Notes under the pieces: model-generated | Database searches by the model: none | The model's input: the letters and a program-made list of their open reading frames with translations, nothing else | Told to the model about the DNA's origin: nothing | Program-made: the position numbers and the translations under genes | Part shown: positions 1 to 11,058 of the stretch, piece after piece | How the letters are laid out: every line of letters begins with the position of its first letter | How positions within the stretch are numbered: position 1 is the stretch's first letter | NCBI RefSeq assembly: GCF_963921235.1 | Contig: NC_086097.1 | Span: forward strand, 239,198,001 to 239,262,000 | Source: Mobula hypostoma | Taxonomy: Eukaryota | Direction of reading: 5' to 3' | Length of the DNA stretch: 64,000 nucleotides

Positions 1-721
1 AATGACCACTGTTCAGTAAACTAATGACACCCTAGAACTTTTTTTTAATTGTCTAAGAAAATAAAGTTTATAGGATATCTATTCTGAAATTTCAGAAGAC
101 GGCTGTTCACTGACATTATCCATAGCCTCAGAAAGATTCCTGTGACATTGAAGCTTCCACTTCAATATCTGCAAATAGATTATCCAAGGATCATCACTTG
201 TGAGTTCCTGAGGTCCCAAGAATGACACCATCTGGAGCTTAGCCACCTGGCGATTAGCTCCTAGTAGGGGAGTAATGGCGGTAAGTTAAAGAGGGACATT
301 CCAAGCAAAGAGCAATCGTGGGTTGGTGGAGGATCATGACATATCACAACAGCAGTGAAAGCAGGGAAAGGCTGCAGCAGTCTTGCATTCCATGTCACTG
401 GACCCTGACCCGACCTGTCAAGGACCATGTGATAGCTGCTTGTGCATCGGTCTCCACAAGTTAAACAAAGTCACACACAGATGTTCTCCATTCAGGGAAT
501 CCATTAAAATGTGCATACTGTTCCTTCTGACCAGTTTGAATTTTGCACACATCGCTGCTCAATCTGAAGATGACCTGAAGGGTCATTCAAAACTCTTTGC
601 CAACTCTCTTGTGACCCTTTGCAGATGCACTTGTGCTGCATTTCCCTACATTAATCTAATGGCTAAACCTGTGTCAGCACTTAATCCACAGGATATGCGG
701 GAATGAGATGCACTTGTTATA

Positions 722-789
722 CAGTACTGTGCAAAGGTCTCAGGCACATTATATATAACTAGGGTGCCTAAGATTTCTGCGCAGTATTG
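722..789. mobile_element. 68-bp Tc1-type mini-MITE (two TIRs plus short AT-rich spacer)
   Basis: CAGTACTGTGCAAAGGTCTCAGGCAC (722-747) pairs imperfectly with GTGCCTAAGATTTCTGCGCAGTATTG (764-789); preceded by TA; a CAGT terminus is typical of Tc1. Confidence 0.65.
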
Positions 790-1389
790 GTGTTTTATAT
801 TCTGTGATTTTCACTCTTTTTTTTCCATTTGCGTGATTTATTATTTTGCACATTGGGGGTTTGATGTTTTTCTTTGAATGGGTTCCAAGGTTTCTCTTTG
901 TTCCATGACTGAAGCAGAATCTCAGGGTTGTATATTGTATACATACATTAATAGTAAATGTTCTTTGACTCTTTGAACAAACAATACAACCTACGGATGT
1001 GCTGGAGACAGCTCGCAAGTGTCGCCACACATTCCGGCACCAACATAGCGTGCATATCATGCTCAGCAGAACAGCAATAACAAAACAACAAAACCCCTAT
1101 CCTCCCACCCACACACTCACACACAGAGACCTTCCTTTAACCCCAGGACAGGCTGCCTCCAAGACTTCAGTCTCAGTTGAACTCCAAGACGAGGAAATGT
1201 TGGGCCTCTGATTTCCCCAGTGAACCCGTAGACTTCTCACTGATCCTGTTAGCCAAAGAGCAGAGAAGCCTAAAGTTCCACACCACCATGTTCAAAAGCA
1301 GTTAGGTTCCGACACTCATCAGATTCTTGAACTGACTTGTATAATCCTAACGCTACCTCAGCCAAGGTATTCGATGGACATTACATAGG

Positions 1390-3016
1390 CTACCGTCCAT
1401 GTGGCTATCTAAACATCTCTTAAATGCCTCCAATATATCTGCCTCTGCCACCATCCCAGCAGCACATTCCAGGCACCCACCATTCTCTGTGTAAAAAAAT
1501 TGTTTGTCACATCTCCTTTGAAATTACCCCCGCTCAACTCAAATGCATTCCCCGGTATCAGACATTTCCACTGTGGGGAAAAGGTACTGTCTGTCTACTC
1601 TATCAATGCCCCTTGTGATCTTATAAACCTTGATCCTCTCAGGTTCTGCCATTTGAAAGAATGCAACCCAAGTCTACCCACACTCCCGTTAATAGAACAT
1701 GCTCTAATCCAGGCAGCATCTTCTCTGAACCCTCTCCAATGTCAGTATATCCTTTCTAAAATAAGGAGCCCAAAAATGCACCCAAGACTCCAAATGTGGT
1801 CTCACAAGTGTCTTATAGAGCCTCCTTGCTCTTACAATCTATACCTTTAGAAATGAATGGCAAAATTGCATTCATCTTCTTCACCACTGACTCAACCTGG
1901 AGGTTAAACTTCGGGGTATCTTACACAAGGACTCTCAAGTCTCAAGTCTCAAGTCTCTCCCCATCTAAGTAATAATCTGCCCATAAGGGTATGATCATTG
2001 TATTTCATTTGCCACTTCTTTGCCTATTCCCCTAAACTAACTAAGTCTCTCTGCAGGCTGTCTGTTTCCTCAACACTGCACACTCCTCCACCTATCTTTG
2101 TATCTTCAGCAAATTTAGCCATTAATCCCAGAGTCCAAAACATTGACATACATGGCAAAAGGCAGCAGTCCCAAAACCAACCCTTGTGGAACTCCATTGG
2201 TAACCGGCAGCCAGTCAGAATGGGATCCCAGATCCCTTTATCCCCACTCTCTGTTTTCTGCTGATCAGCCAATACTCCACCCAAGCTAGGAACTCCCCTC
2301 TATTTCCATGGGCTCCTATCTTACTAAGCAGCCTCATGTGCAGCAACTTGTCAAAGGCCTTCTGAAAATCCAAGTATACCATATCTACTGCATCTCCTTT
2401 GTCTACCCTTCTTGTAATTTCCTTAAAGAATTGCAGTAGGTTAGTCAGGCAGGATTTTCCTTTCAGGCAGCCATGCTGGCTTTGGCCTATCTTGTCATGT
2501 GCTTCCAGGTATTCCGTAATCTCATCCCTAACAACCGGTTCCAACAACTTCCCAACCACTGATATCAAGCTAACAGGTCTATAGATCCCTTTCTGCAGCC
2601 TCCCACCCTTCTTAAATAGAGGAGTAACATTTGCAATCTTCCAGTCATCTGGTACACTGCCAGAATCTATTGATTCTTGAAAGATCATTGTTAATGCCTC
2701 CGTAATCTCTCTAGCTACTTCCTTCAGAACCCAAGGGTGCATTCCGCAGGTCCAGGAGATTTATCCACCTCAGACTATTAAGCTTTCTGAACACCTTCTC
2801 AGTCATAATTTTCACTGCACATACTTCACTTCCCTGACACTCTTGTATGTATCTTCCACTATGAAGACTGATGTAAAATACCCATTCAGTTCCTCTGCCA
2901 TCTCTGCGTCTCTCATTACAATATCTCCAGAGTCATTTTCTATTGATCCTATATCCACGCTCAACTTTCTTTTACCCTTTATATACTTAAAAATGCTTTC
3001 AGTAGCTTCTTTGATA
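1390..3016 (-). mobile_element. Older CR1 LINE, RT and 3' portion (left half of element split by the 3017-8157 insertion)
   Basis: ORFs 2215..2742 (YRPVSLISVVGKLLE, QHGCLKGKSCLTNL, YLDFQKAFD), 2024..2284 (KFAEDTKIGG) and 2812..3141; sequence continues co-linearly at 8158. The leftmost ~350 bp may belong to a separate CR1 3' fragment. Confidence 0.85.
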
Positions 3017-3437
3017 ATCCTTTGGATCGGGACTACAGAGCGTCGTGGGAGCTGAATTCTGAAGGAAGGCAGTTTTTTAAAAAACTTCTTCGAGTGCAAG
3101 AAGGGCGAGACTGCGCAGGCGCATGATGTCAGCAGGACCACGCGGAGAGTTTAAGTAGGAGACCACCCTATACAGCGGGCAGCGGAGTGAGTGGTAGCAG
3201 AGTGTAGGGCTTTGGCTTCAACGGGCTTCGGCGGTAAACGGGAAGAGGCGAGAACAAAGCGCCAACTCTTTTTTTTTCTCCCCCCCACCCCTTTCGCGAA
3301 TCGGCCCGGACAGACAGGAACAGCAGGGCTCTCACAGCTAACGGTACGAGCTAACGATTAAAAAGTTCGTCTGTTTGGCGAGGTAAGTAGGTGAGTACAC
3401 TTATTTTTCCCATTTCATTCCTGTAGAATTAGATAGT

Positions 3438-4372
3438 ATGCCTGCAGGGTTAGTGCTTTGTTCAGGGTGTCAGATGTGGGAATCCTGGGAGACCTCCAGC
3501 CTCCCTGATGGCCGCATCTGCGCCAGGTGCACCGAGGTGCAGCTCCTCAGAGACCGTGTTAGGGATCTGGAGCTGCAGCTTGATGACCTACTGCTTATCA
3601 GGGAAAGTGAAGAGGTGATAGACAGGAGCTAAAGGGAGGTAGTCATCCCTAGGCTACAGGAGTCAGAAAACTGGGTGACTGTCTGGAGAGGGAAGGGAAA
3701 TGCCCGGATAGTGGAGAGCACACCTGTGGCTGTCCCCCTCAGCAACAAATATCTTGTTCTGGATGCTGTTGAGGGGGATGACCTAACAGGGGACGCCCAT
3801 GGTGAACGGGTCTCTGGCACTGAACCTGGCGCTGTTGTGCAGGAGAGAAGGAGGGAGAAGAGAAATGCGGTAGTCGTGGGGGATTCTATAGTCAGGGAAA
3901 CAGACAGAAGATTCTGTGAGCCTGACAGAGATACCAGCATGGTGTGTTGCCTCCCAGGTGCCAGGGTACGGGAAGTCTCGGATCGGGTCCTGAATATTCT
4001 AAAGTGGGAGGGGAGCAGCCAGTTGTCTTGGTACATGTTGGTACCAATGACATAGATAGGACAAAGGATGAGGTCCTGAAGAGAGATTTCCAGGAGTTAG
4101 GAAGGAAGCTGAGAAGCAGGACCTCCAGGGTAGTAATCTCGGGATTGCTACCTGTGCCACGTCCTAGCGAGGGTAAGAGTAGTCGGATCAGGCAGATGAA
4201 TGTTTGGCTAAGAGACTGGTGTAGGGTGCAGGGCTTCAGATTCTTCGATAATTGGGATCTCTTCTGGGGGAAGTATGACCTGTTCAAAAAGGACAGGTTA
4301 CACCTGAACCCAAAGGGGACCAATATCCTGGCGGGGAAGTTTAATAGAGCTGTTAGGGAGGGTTTAAACTAA
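3438..4372 (+). pseudogene. CR1 ORF1p: CxxC..CxxC zinc finger, coiled coil, SGNH/GDSL esterase; one premature stop and one frameshift
   Basis: CSGC...CARC, leucine-rich LRDRVRDLELQLDDL, VVVGDSIVR, VHVGTNDI, DRLHL; TAA at 3630-3632 and a frameshift near 4010. Confidence 0.9.
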
Positions 4373-7300
4373 TTTGGCAGGGGGATGGGAACCGGAATGA
4401 TAGAGCGGAGGAAGGGGAAAACAGAAATAAATCTAAGATAGTGAGCAGTAAAGATGTCACGAAAGACAGGCAGGTGATGGGGCAAATTTGTAGCCATTGG
4501 GATGAGTTGCAGTGCAATAAAGTTGCAGTGAAATCAAAGCAAAAAGTATCAAATACTGGTCTTAAGGTGTTGTACTTAAATGCACGCAGCATAAGGAATA
4601 AGGTGGATGATCTTGTTGTACAGCTACAGATTGGCAAGTATGACATTGTGGCCATCACTGAGACCTGGCTAAAGGATGCATGTCTCTGGGAGCTGAACGT
4701 CCAAGGATACACGTTGTATCGGAAGGATAGGAAGGTAGGCAGAGAGGGAGGCGTGACTTTATTGGTAAGAAATGATATTAAATCATTAGAAAGAGGTGAT
4801 ATAGGATCGGAAGGTGCAGAATCTTTATGGGTTGAGCTAAGAAATCGCAGGGGTAAAAGGACCCTGATGGCAGTTATTTATAGGCCTCCAACCAGCTGCA
4901 GGGATGTGGACTACAAATTACAACTGGAAATAGAAAAGGCTTTGTCAGAAGGGCAGCGTTAAGATAATTGTGGGGGATTTTAACATGTGAGTAGATTGGG
5001 AAAATCAGGTCAGCACTGGATCTCAAGAGAGAGAATTTGTAAAATGTCTGCGAGATGGCTTTTTAGAACAGCTTGTTGTTGAGCCTACTAGGGGACCGGC
5101 TGTACTGGATTGGGTATTGTGTAATGAACCGCAGGTGATTGGAGAGATTAAGGTGAAGGAACCCTTAGGAGACAGTGATCATAACATGATTGAGTTCACT
5201 GTGAAATTAGAAAAAGAGAAGCCGAAATCTGATGTGTCGGTATTTCAGTGGAGTAAAGGAAATTACAGTGGCATGAGAGAGGAACTGGCCAAAGCTGACT
5301 GGAAAGAGACACTGGCAGGAAAGACAGCAGAGCAGCAGTGGCTGGAGTTTATGCGAGAAATGAGGAATGTTCAAGACAGGTATATTCCAAAAGAAGAAAT
5401 TTTCGAGTGGAAAAAGGATGCAACTGTGGTTGACAAGAGAAGTCAAAGCCAAAGTTAAAGCAAAAGAGAGGGCATACAAGGAAGCAAAAATTAGTGGGAA
5501 GAGAGAGGATTGGGAAGTTTTTAGAACCTTACAAAAGGAAACCAAGAAGGTCATTAAGAGAGAAAAGATTAACTATGAAAGGAAGCTAGCAAATAATATC
5601 GAAGAGGATACTAAAAGCTTTTTCAAGTATATAAAGAGTAAAAGACAGGTGAGAGTAGATATAGGACCGATAGAAAATTGATGCTGGAGAAATTGTAATG
5701 GGAGATGAGGAGATGGCAGAGGAACTGAACAAGAATTTTGCATCAGTCTTCACTGAGGAAGACAGCAGTATACCGAACACTCAAGGGTGGCAGGGAAGAG
5801 AAGTGTGCACAGTCACAATTACGACAGAGAAAGTACTCAGGAAGCTGAATAGGCTAAAGGTAGATAAATCTCCTGGACCAGATGGAATGCATCCTCATGT
5901 TCTGAAGGAAGTAGCTGTGGAGATTACGGAGGCATTAGCGATGATCTTACAAAAGTCGATGGATTCTGGCATGGTTCCGGAGGACTGGAAGATTGCAAAT
6001 GTCACTCCGCTGTTTAAGAAGGGGGCAAGGAAGCAAAAAGGAAATTGTAGACCTGTTAGCTTGACATCCGTGGTTGGGAAGTTGTTGAAGTCGATTGTCA
6101 AGGATAAGGTTACAGAGTACCTGGAGGCATGTGACAAGATAGGCAGAACTCAGCATGGATTCCTTAAAGGAAAATCCTGCCTGACAAACCTATTACAATT
6201 TTTTGAGGAAATTACCAGTAGGCTGGACAAGGGAGATGCAGTGGATGTTGTATATTTGGATTTTCAGAAGGCCTTTGACAAGGTGCCACACATGAGGCTA
6301 CTTAACAAGATAAGAGCCCATGGAATTACGGGAAAGTTACATACGTGGATAGAGCGTTGGCTGATTGTCAGGAAACAGAGAGTGGGAATAAAGGGATCCT
6401 ATTCTGGTTGGCTGTCGGTTACCAGTGGTGTTGCGCAGGGATCGGTGTTGGGGCCGCTTCTTTTCACATTGTACAGCAACGACTTAGATAATGGAAGAGA
6501 AACACAGAAACATAGAAAATAGGTGCAGGAGTAGGCCATTCGGCCCATTCGAGCCTGCACCGCCATTTATTATGATCATGGCTGATCATCCAACTCAGAA
6601 CCCCGCCCCAGCCTTCCCTCCATACCCCCTGACCCCCGTAGCCACAAGGGCCATATCTAACTCCCTCTTAAATATAGCCAATGAACTGGCCTCAACTGTT
6701 TCCTGTGGCAGAGAATTCCACAGATTCACCACTCTCTGTGTGAAGAAGTATTTCCTAATCTCGGTCCTAAAAGGCTTCCCCTCTATCCTCAAACTGTGGC
6801 CCCTCGTTCTGGACTTCCCCAACATCGGGAACAATCTTCCTGCATCTAGCCTGTCCAATCCCTTTAGGATTTTATACGTTTCAATCAGATCCCCCCTCAA
6901 TCTTCTAAATTCCAACGAGTACAAGCCCAGTTCATCCAGTCTTTCTTCATATGAAAGTCCTGCCATCCCAGGAATCAATCTAGTGAACCTTCTTTGTACT
7001 CCCTCTATGGCAAGGATGTCTTTCCTCAGATTAGGGGACCAAAACTGCACACAATACTCCAGGTGTGGTCTCACCAAGGCCTTGTACAACTGCAGTAGTA
7101 CCGCCCTGCTCCTGTACTCGAATCCTCTCGCTATAAATGCCAGCATACCATTCGCCTTTTTCACCGCCTGCTGTACCTGCATGCCCACTTTCAATGAATA
7201 GATGGCTTTGTGGCTAAGTTTGCTGATGATACGAAGATAGGTGGAGGGGCCGGTAGTGCTGAGGAAACAGAGAGTCTGCAGAGAGACTTGGATAGATTGG

Positions 7301-8057
7301 AAGAATGGGCAGAGATGTGGCAAATGAAGTACAATGTTGGAAAGTGTATGGTTATGCACATTGGCAGAAAAAATAAATGGGCAGACTATTATTTAAATGG
7401 GGAAAGAATTCAAAGTTCTGAGATGCAACGGGACTTGGGAGTCCTCATACAGGATACCCTTAAAGTTAACCTCCAGGTTGAGTCAGTAGTGAAGAAGGCG
7501 AATGCAATGTTGGCATTCATTTCTAGAGGAATAGAGTATAGGAGCAGGGATGTGATGTTGAGGCTCTATAAGGCGCTGGTGAGACTCACTTGGAGTACTG
7601 TGGGCAGTTTTGGTCTCCTTATTTAAGAAAGGATGTGCTGACGTTGGATAGGGTACAGAGAAGATTCACTAGAATGATCCCGGGAATGAGAGGGTTAACA
7701 TATGAGGAACGTTTGTCCGCTCTTAGACTGCATTCCTTGGAGTTTAGAAGAATGAGGGGAGACCTCATAGAAACATTTCGAATATTAAAAGGCATGGACA
7801 GAGTGGATGTGGCAAAGTTGTTTCCCATGATGGAGGAGTCTAGTACGAGAGGGCATGACTTAAGGATTGAAGGGCGCCCTTTCAGAACAGAAATGCAAAG
7901 AAATTTTTTTAGTCAGAGGGTGGTGAATCTATGGAATTTTTTGCCACGGGCAGCAGTGGAGGCCAAGTCATTGGGTGTATTTAAGGCAGAGATTGATAGA
8001 TATCTGAGTAGCCAGGGCATCAAAGGTTATGGTGAGAAGGCGGGGGAGTGGGACTAA
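4363..8057 (+). pseudogene. CR1 ORF2p: apurinic-like endonuclease plus reverse transcriptase; several frameshifts/stops and an internal insertion
   Basis: YLNARSI, AITETWL, IYRPP, SDHNMI (APE); RPVSLTSVVGK, YLDFQKAFDKV, QGSVLGP, KFADDTKIGG (RT); CR1 C-terminus RRMRGDLIETF..FFSQRVVNLWN. Confidence 0.93.
6497..7197 (-). mobile_element. Young 5'-truncated CR1 3' end inserted antisense into ORF2 of the full-length CR1
   Basis: Uninterrupted C-terminal reading frame (part of 6595..7359 -), TTTCTATG-type tail at ~6497-6520; removing it restores GACTTAGATAATGGAA|TAGATGGCTTTGTGG. Confidence 0.92.
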
Positions 8058-8157
8058 ATAGAAAATGGATCAGCTCATGATAAAATGGCGGAGCAGACTC
8101 GATGGGCAGAATGGCCTACTTCTGCTCCTTTGTCTTATGGTCTTATGGTTTTATGGT

Positions 8158-9612
8158 ATAGTCAACTGCTTCCTTTCATAATTCATCTTTTCCTTCCTAA
8201 TGATCTTCTTAGTTTCCTTCTGCAAGTTTTTAAAAGCTTCTCAATCCTCTATCTTCTCACTAGCTTTGGCTTCCCTGTATGCCCTCTCTTTTGCTTTTAC
8301 TCTGGCTCTGACTTCACTTGTCAGTCACGGTAATGTCCTATTTCCGTTTGAAAATTTCTTATTTGGAACATATCTGTCTTGCACTTCCCTCATTTTTTGC
8401 AGAAACTCCAGCCATTTCTGCTCTGCTGTCCTTCCTGCAAATGTTGCTTTCCAGTTAACCTTGGTCAGTTCCCCTCTCATGCCATTGTAATTTCCTTTAT
8501 TCCACTGAAATACCAACACACGGGAATTTAGTTTCTCCTTCTCAAATATCAAAGTGAACTTGATCATATTGTGATCACTGTTCCCTAAGGATTCCTTAAC
8601 TTTAAGCTCTCTGATTACCTCCGGATCATTGCACAATATGCAATCCAGCACAGCTGATCCCTTAGTGGGCTCAACAAGAAGCTGTTCTAAAAAGACATCC
8701 CTTAAACATTCTACAAATTCTCTCTCTTGAGGTCCAGTACTGGCCTGTTTTCCCAATCCACTTTTATGTTTAAATCCCCAACTATTATCATGACATTGCC
8801 CTTCTGACACGCGTTTTCTATGTCCTCAGGTAATTTGTAATCCGCATCCCAGCTGCTGTTTGTAGGCCTGTATACAACTTCGGTTCCTGTATATCACTCC
8901 GGTTCCCATCCCCTTGCCAAATTAGTTTAAACCCTCCCTAACAGCTAGGCAGCTCGGATACTGGACCCCTTTGGGTTCAGGTGTAACCTGTCCTTTTTGT
9001 ACAGGTCGTACCTCCCCCAGAAGATGCCCCAATGATCCAGGAACCCGAACCCTTGCCCCCTACACCAGTCTCTCAGCCATGCATTAATATGCCTGATCAT
9101 GCTATTTTTGCTCTTGTTAGCACGTGGCACAGGCAGCAATCCCGAGATTACTACCCTGGAGGTCCTGCTTTTCAGCTTCCTACCTAACCCTCTGAATTCT
9201 CTCTTCAAGACCTCCTCCCTTTTTCTACCTATCTTATGGCTGCCAATGTGTAGCAAGACTTCTGGCTGTTCGCCATCTCCCCTCAGAATACATCCCTGAT
9301 CCAAGAAATCCCGTACCCTGGCACCTGGGAGGCAACACAGCATGTGGGTATCTCTATCGGGTTGACAAAACCTCCTGTCTGTTCCCCTCACTATGGAATC
9401 TCCTATGACTACCACATTCTTCATATTCTTCTCTCCCTTCTGCACCACGGAACCAGGCTCAGTGCCAGAGAGCCGATCGCCATGGTCATCCTCTGTCAGG
9501 TCACCCCCCTCAGTAGCATTCAAAATGAGATAACGATTACGGAGGGGGATGGCCACAGGGGTGCTCTCTACTATCTGAGTTCTTCCCATCCCTTCGCTGA
9601 CAGTCACCCAAG
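8158..9612 (-). mobile_element. Older CR1 LINE, ORF1 esterase and partial APE (right half of split element)
   Basis: ORF 8945..9607 (VVIGDSIVRG, DRLHLNPKG) and 8325..8810 (SDHNMI); the APE N-terminus is deleted near 8880. Confidence 0.88.
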
Positions 9613-9899
9613 ATAAGGGAAAATGTTTTTCAACTTAGGAATGTTGTGTCAACCAATCAGGATGATGGAATTCAGAGAAGGTTCTAGAGAATGCTGGGCG
9701 GAGAGGTTTTGGTGACGGACACTGGTGAGGGTCAAGGCCTTTCCGGCAGGAGCTAGGAGGAAACAGGAGATGGGTGAGGATGCTGTCCCTGTTGCCCTGT
9801 TTTCTCACCACTGAGCCCATTGACTTGTTAGTGAAAGGCTAACTGGCTATGTTCCTAGTGACACCCAGTAAATAAAGGATTTCACGTACATGATAAACA

Positions 9900-11058
9900 G
9901 CAGGTCCTATTAGTAGATCACTGTGGAATATCACTAATCACAGATCTCCAGCTAGAGTATGTCCCTTCAAACACCTCCCTCTGCCTTCTATGGTCAATCT
10001 ATTTCTGAATCCAAACAGCCAGTTCACCATGGATCCCATGCATTTTCATCTTCTTGGTAAGCCTTCCATGGGAGACCTTGTCAAACATCTTACTAAAGTC
10101 CATGTGGACAATATCCACAGCTCTATCTTCATCAATCACCATTGTCACCTATCAAAAAACTCAATCAAGTTGGTAAGACACGACCTGCCCCAGACATACT
10201 GGCTCTCCAAATACTCATAAACCCTATCCCAAAGAATTCTCTCCAGCAACTTCACTACCACTGATGTGAAACTCACCTGTTTATAACTTCTAGGATTATC
10301 CCTTGTTCTCTTCTTGAATAATGGAACTACATTAGCTACTTGTCGGTCCTCCAAGATATTGCCTGTAGCTAGAGAGGATACTGAGATTTTGGACAAGGCT
10401 CCAGAAATCTCTTCTCTTGCCTCTCTCAATAACCTAGTCTATTGTGTATCCCATCAGCCCTTGGGGACTTATCCACCTTAATGCTCTTTAAGGGATGTAA
10501 CACTATCTCCTCTTTTACCTCTAAATGCCCTAGTGTATCATTATGCTCGGCACTGATCCCCCTACCCTCCACATTCTTTGCCTTGTTAAATATTGATGTA
10601 AAGTACTCCTTAAGGACCTCACCCACAACCTCTACATCCAAGCAAGTGCTCCCCTCTTTATCCTTGAGTGGTCACCTAACCTCTCCCTAGTTATGTTCTT
10701 GCCCTTGATGTATGTATAGAATGCCTTGGGATTCTCTTTAATTATACTTGCCAAGGACCTTTATGGCCTCTCCTCGATTTCCTATTTCTTTTTCTCAGTT
10801 CCTTTCTGAATTCTTTTTACTTCGCAAAGGCTCTGTTTGATCCTAGATCCATATCTTTTTAATACATTTCCTTTTTCTTCTTGACTAAATTCATCAACCC
10901 TCTTGATATCCAAGTTTCTCTTGCCTTGCTACCCCTGTCTGTCCCTTTTACATGAATATTCCTGTCTTGTACTCTGTGCACCCTCCACATCAGTTGTCAG
11001 AGGTGGACTTGCCCAAAAATAGCTGTTCCTAATTAACTCTTTCTAGTTCCTGCCTAAT
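9900..11058 (-). mobile_element. Degenerate CR1 ORF2 (RT) fragment
   Basis: ORFs 10145..10429 (ANVVPLFKK, GRSCLTNLIEFF) and 10426..10641 (KVDKSPRADGIH). Confidence 0.8.

Larger units (their letters stand above)
3017..8157 (+). mobile_element. Near full-length CR1 LINE (5'UTR, ORF1, ORF2, 3'UTR, (TCTTATGG)n-type tail), inactivated
   Basis: CpG-rich 5'UTR, ORF1 zinc finger/esterase, ORF2 APE+RT, 3' hairpin region GATGGGCAGAATGGCCTACTTCTGCTCC and TCTTATGG tail repeats at ~8133-8157. Confidence 0.95.

Noticed and set aside
196..495. GC-richer block resembling a retroelement leader, overlapping ORF 383..706
   Set aside because: No second copy, motif or TSD in the window to support a call; the ORF has no recognisable domain.
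6491..7201. 236-aa plus-strand ORF and similar long ORFs (3629..4036, 29298..29864, 42420..42977)
   Set aside because: Antisense shadows of retroelement ORFs; no independent protein features.
9615..9790. LTR-like fragment with CCAAT motif between CR1 pieces
   Set aside because: No TG..CA termini or TSD could be defined.
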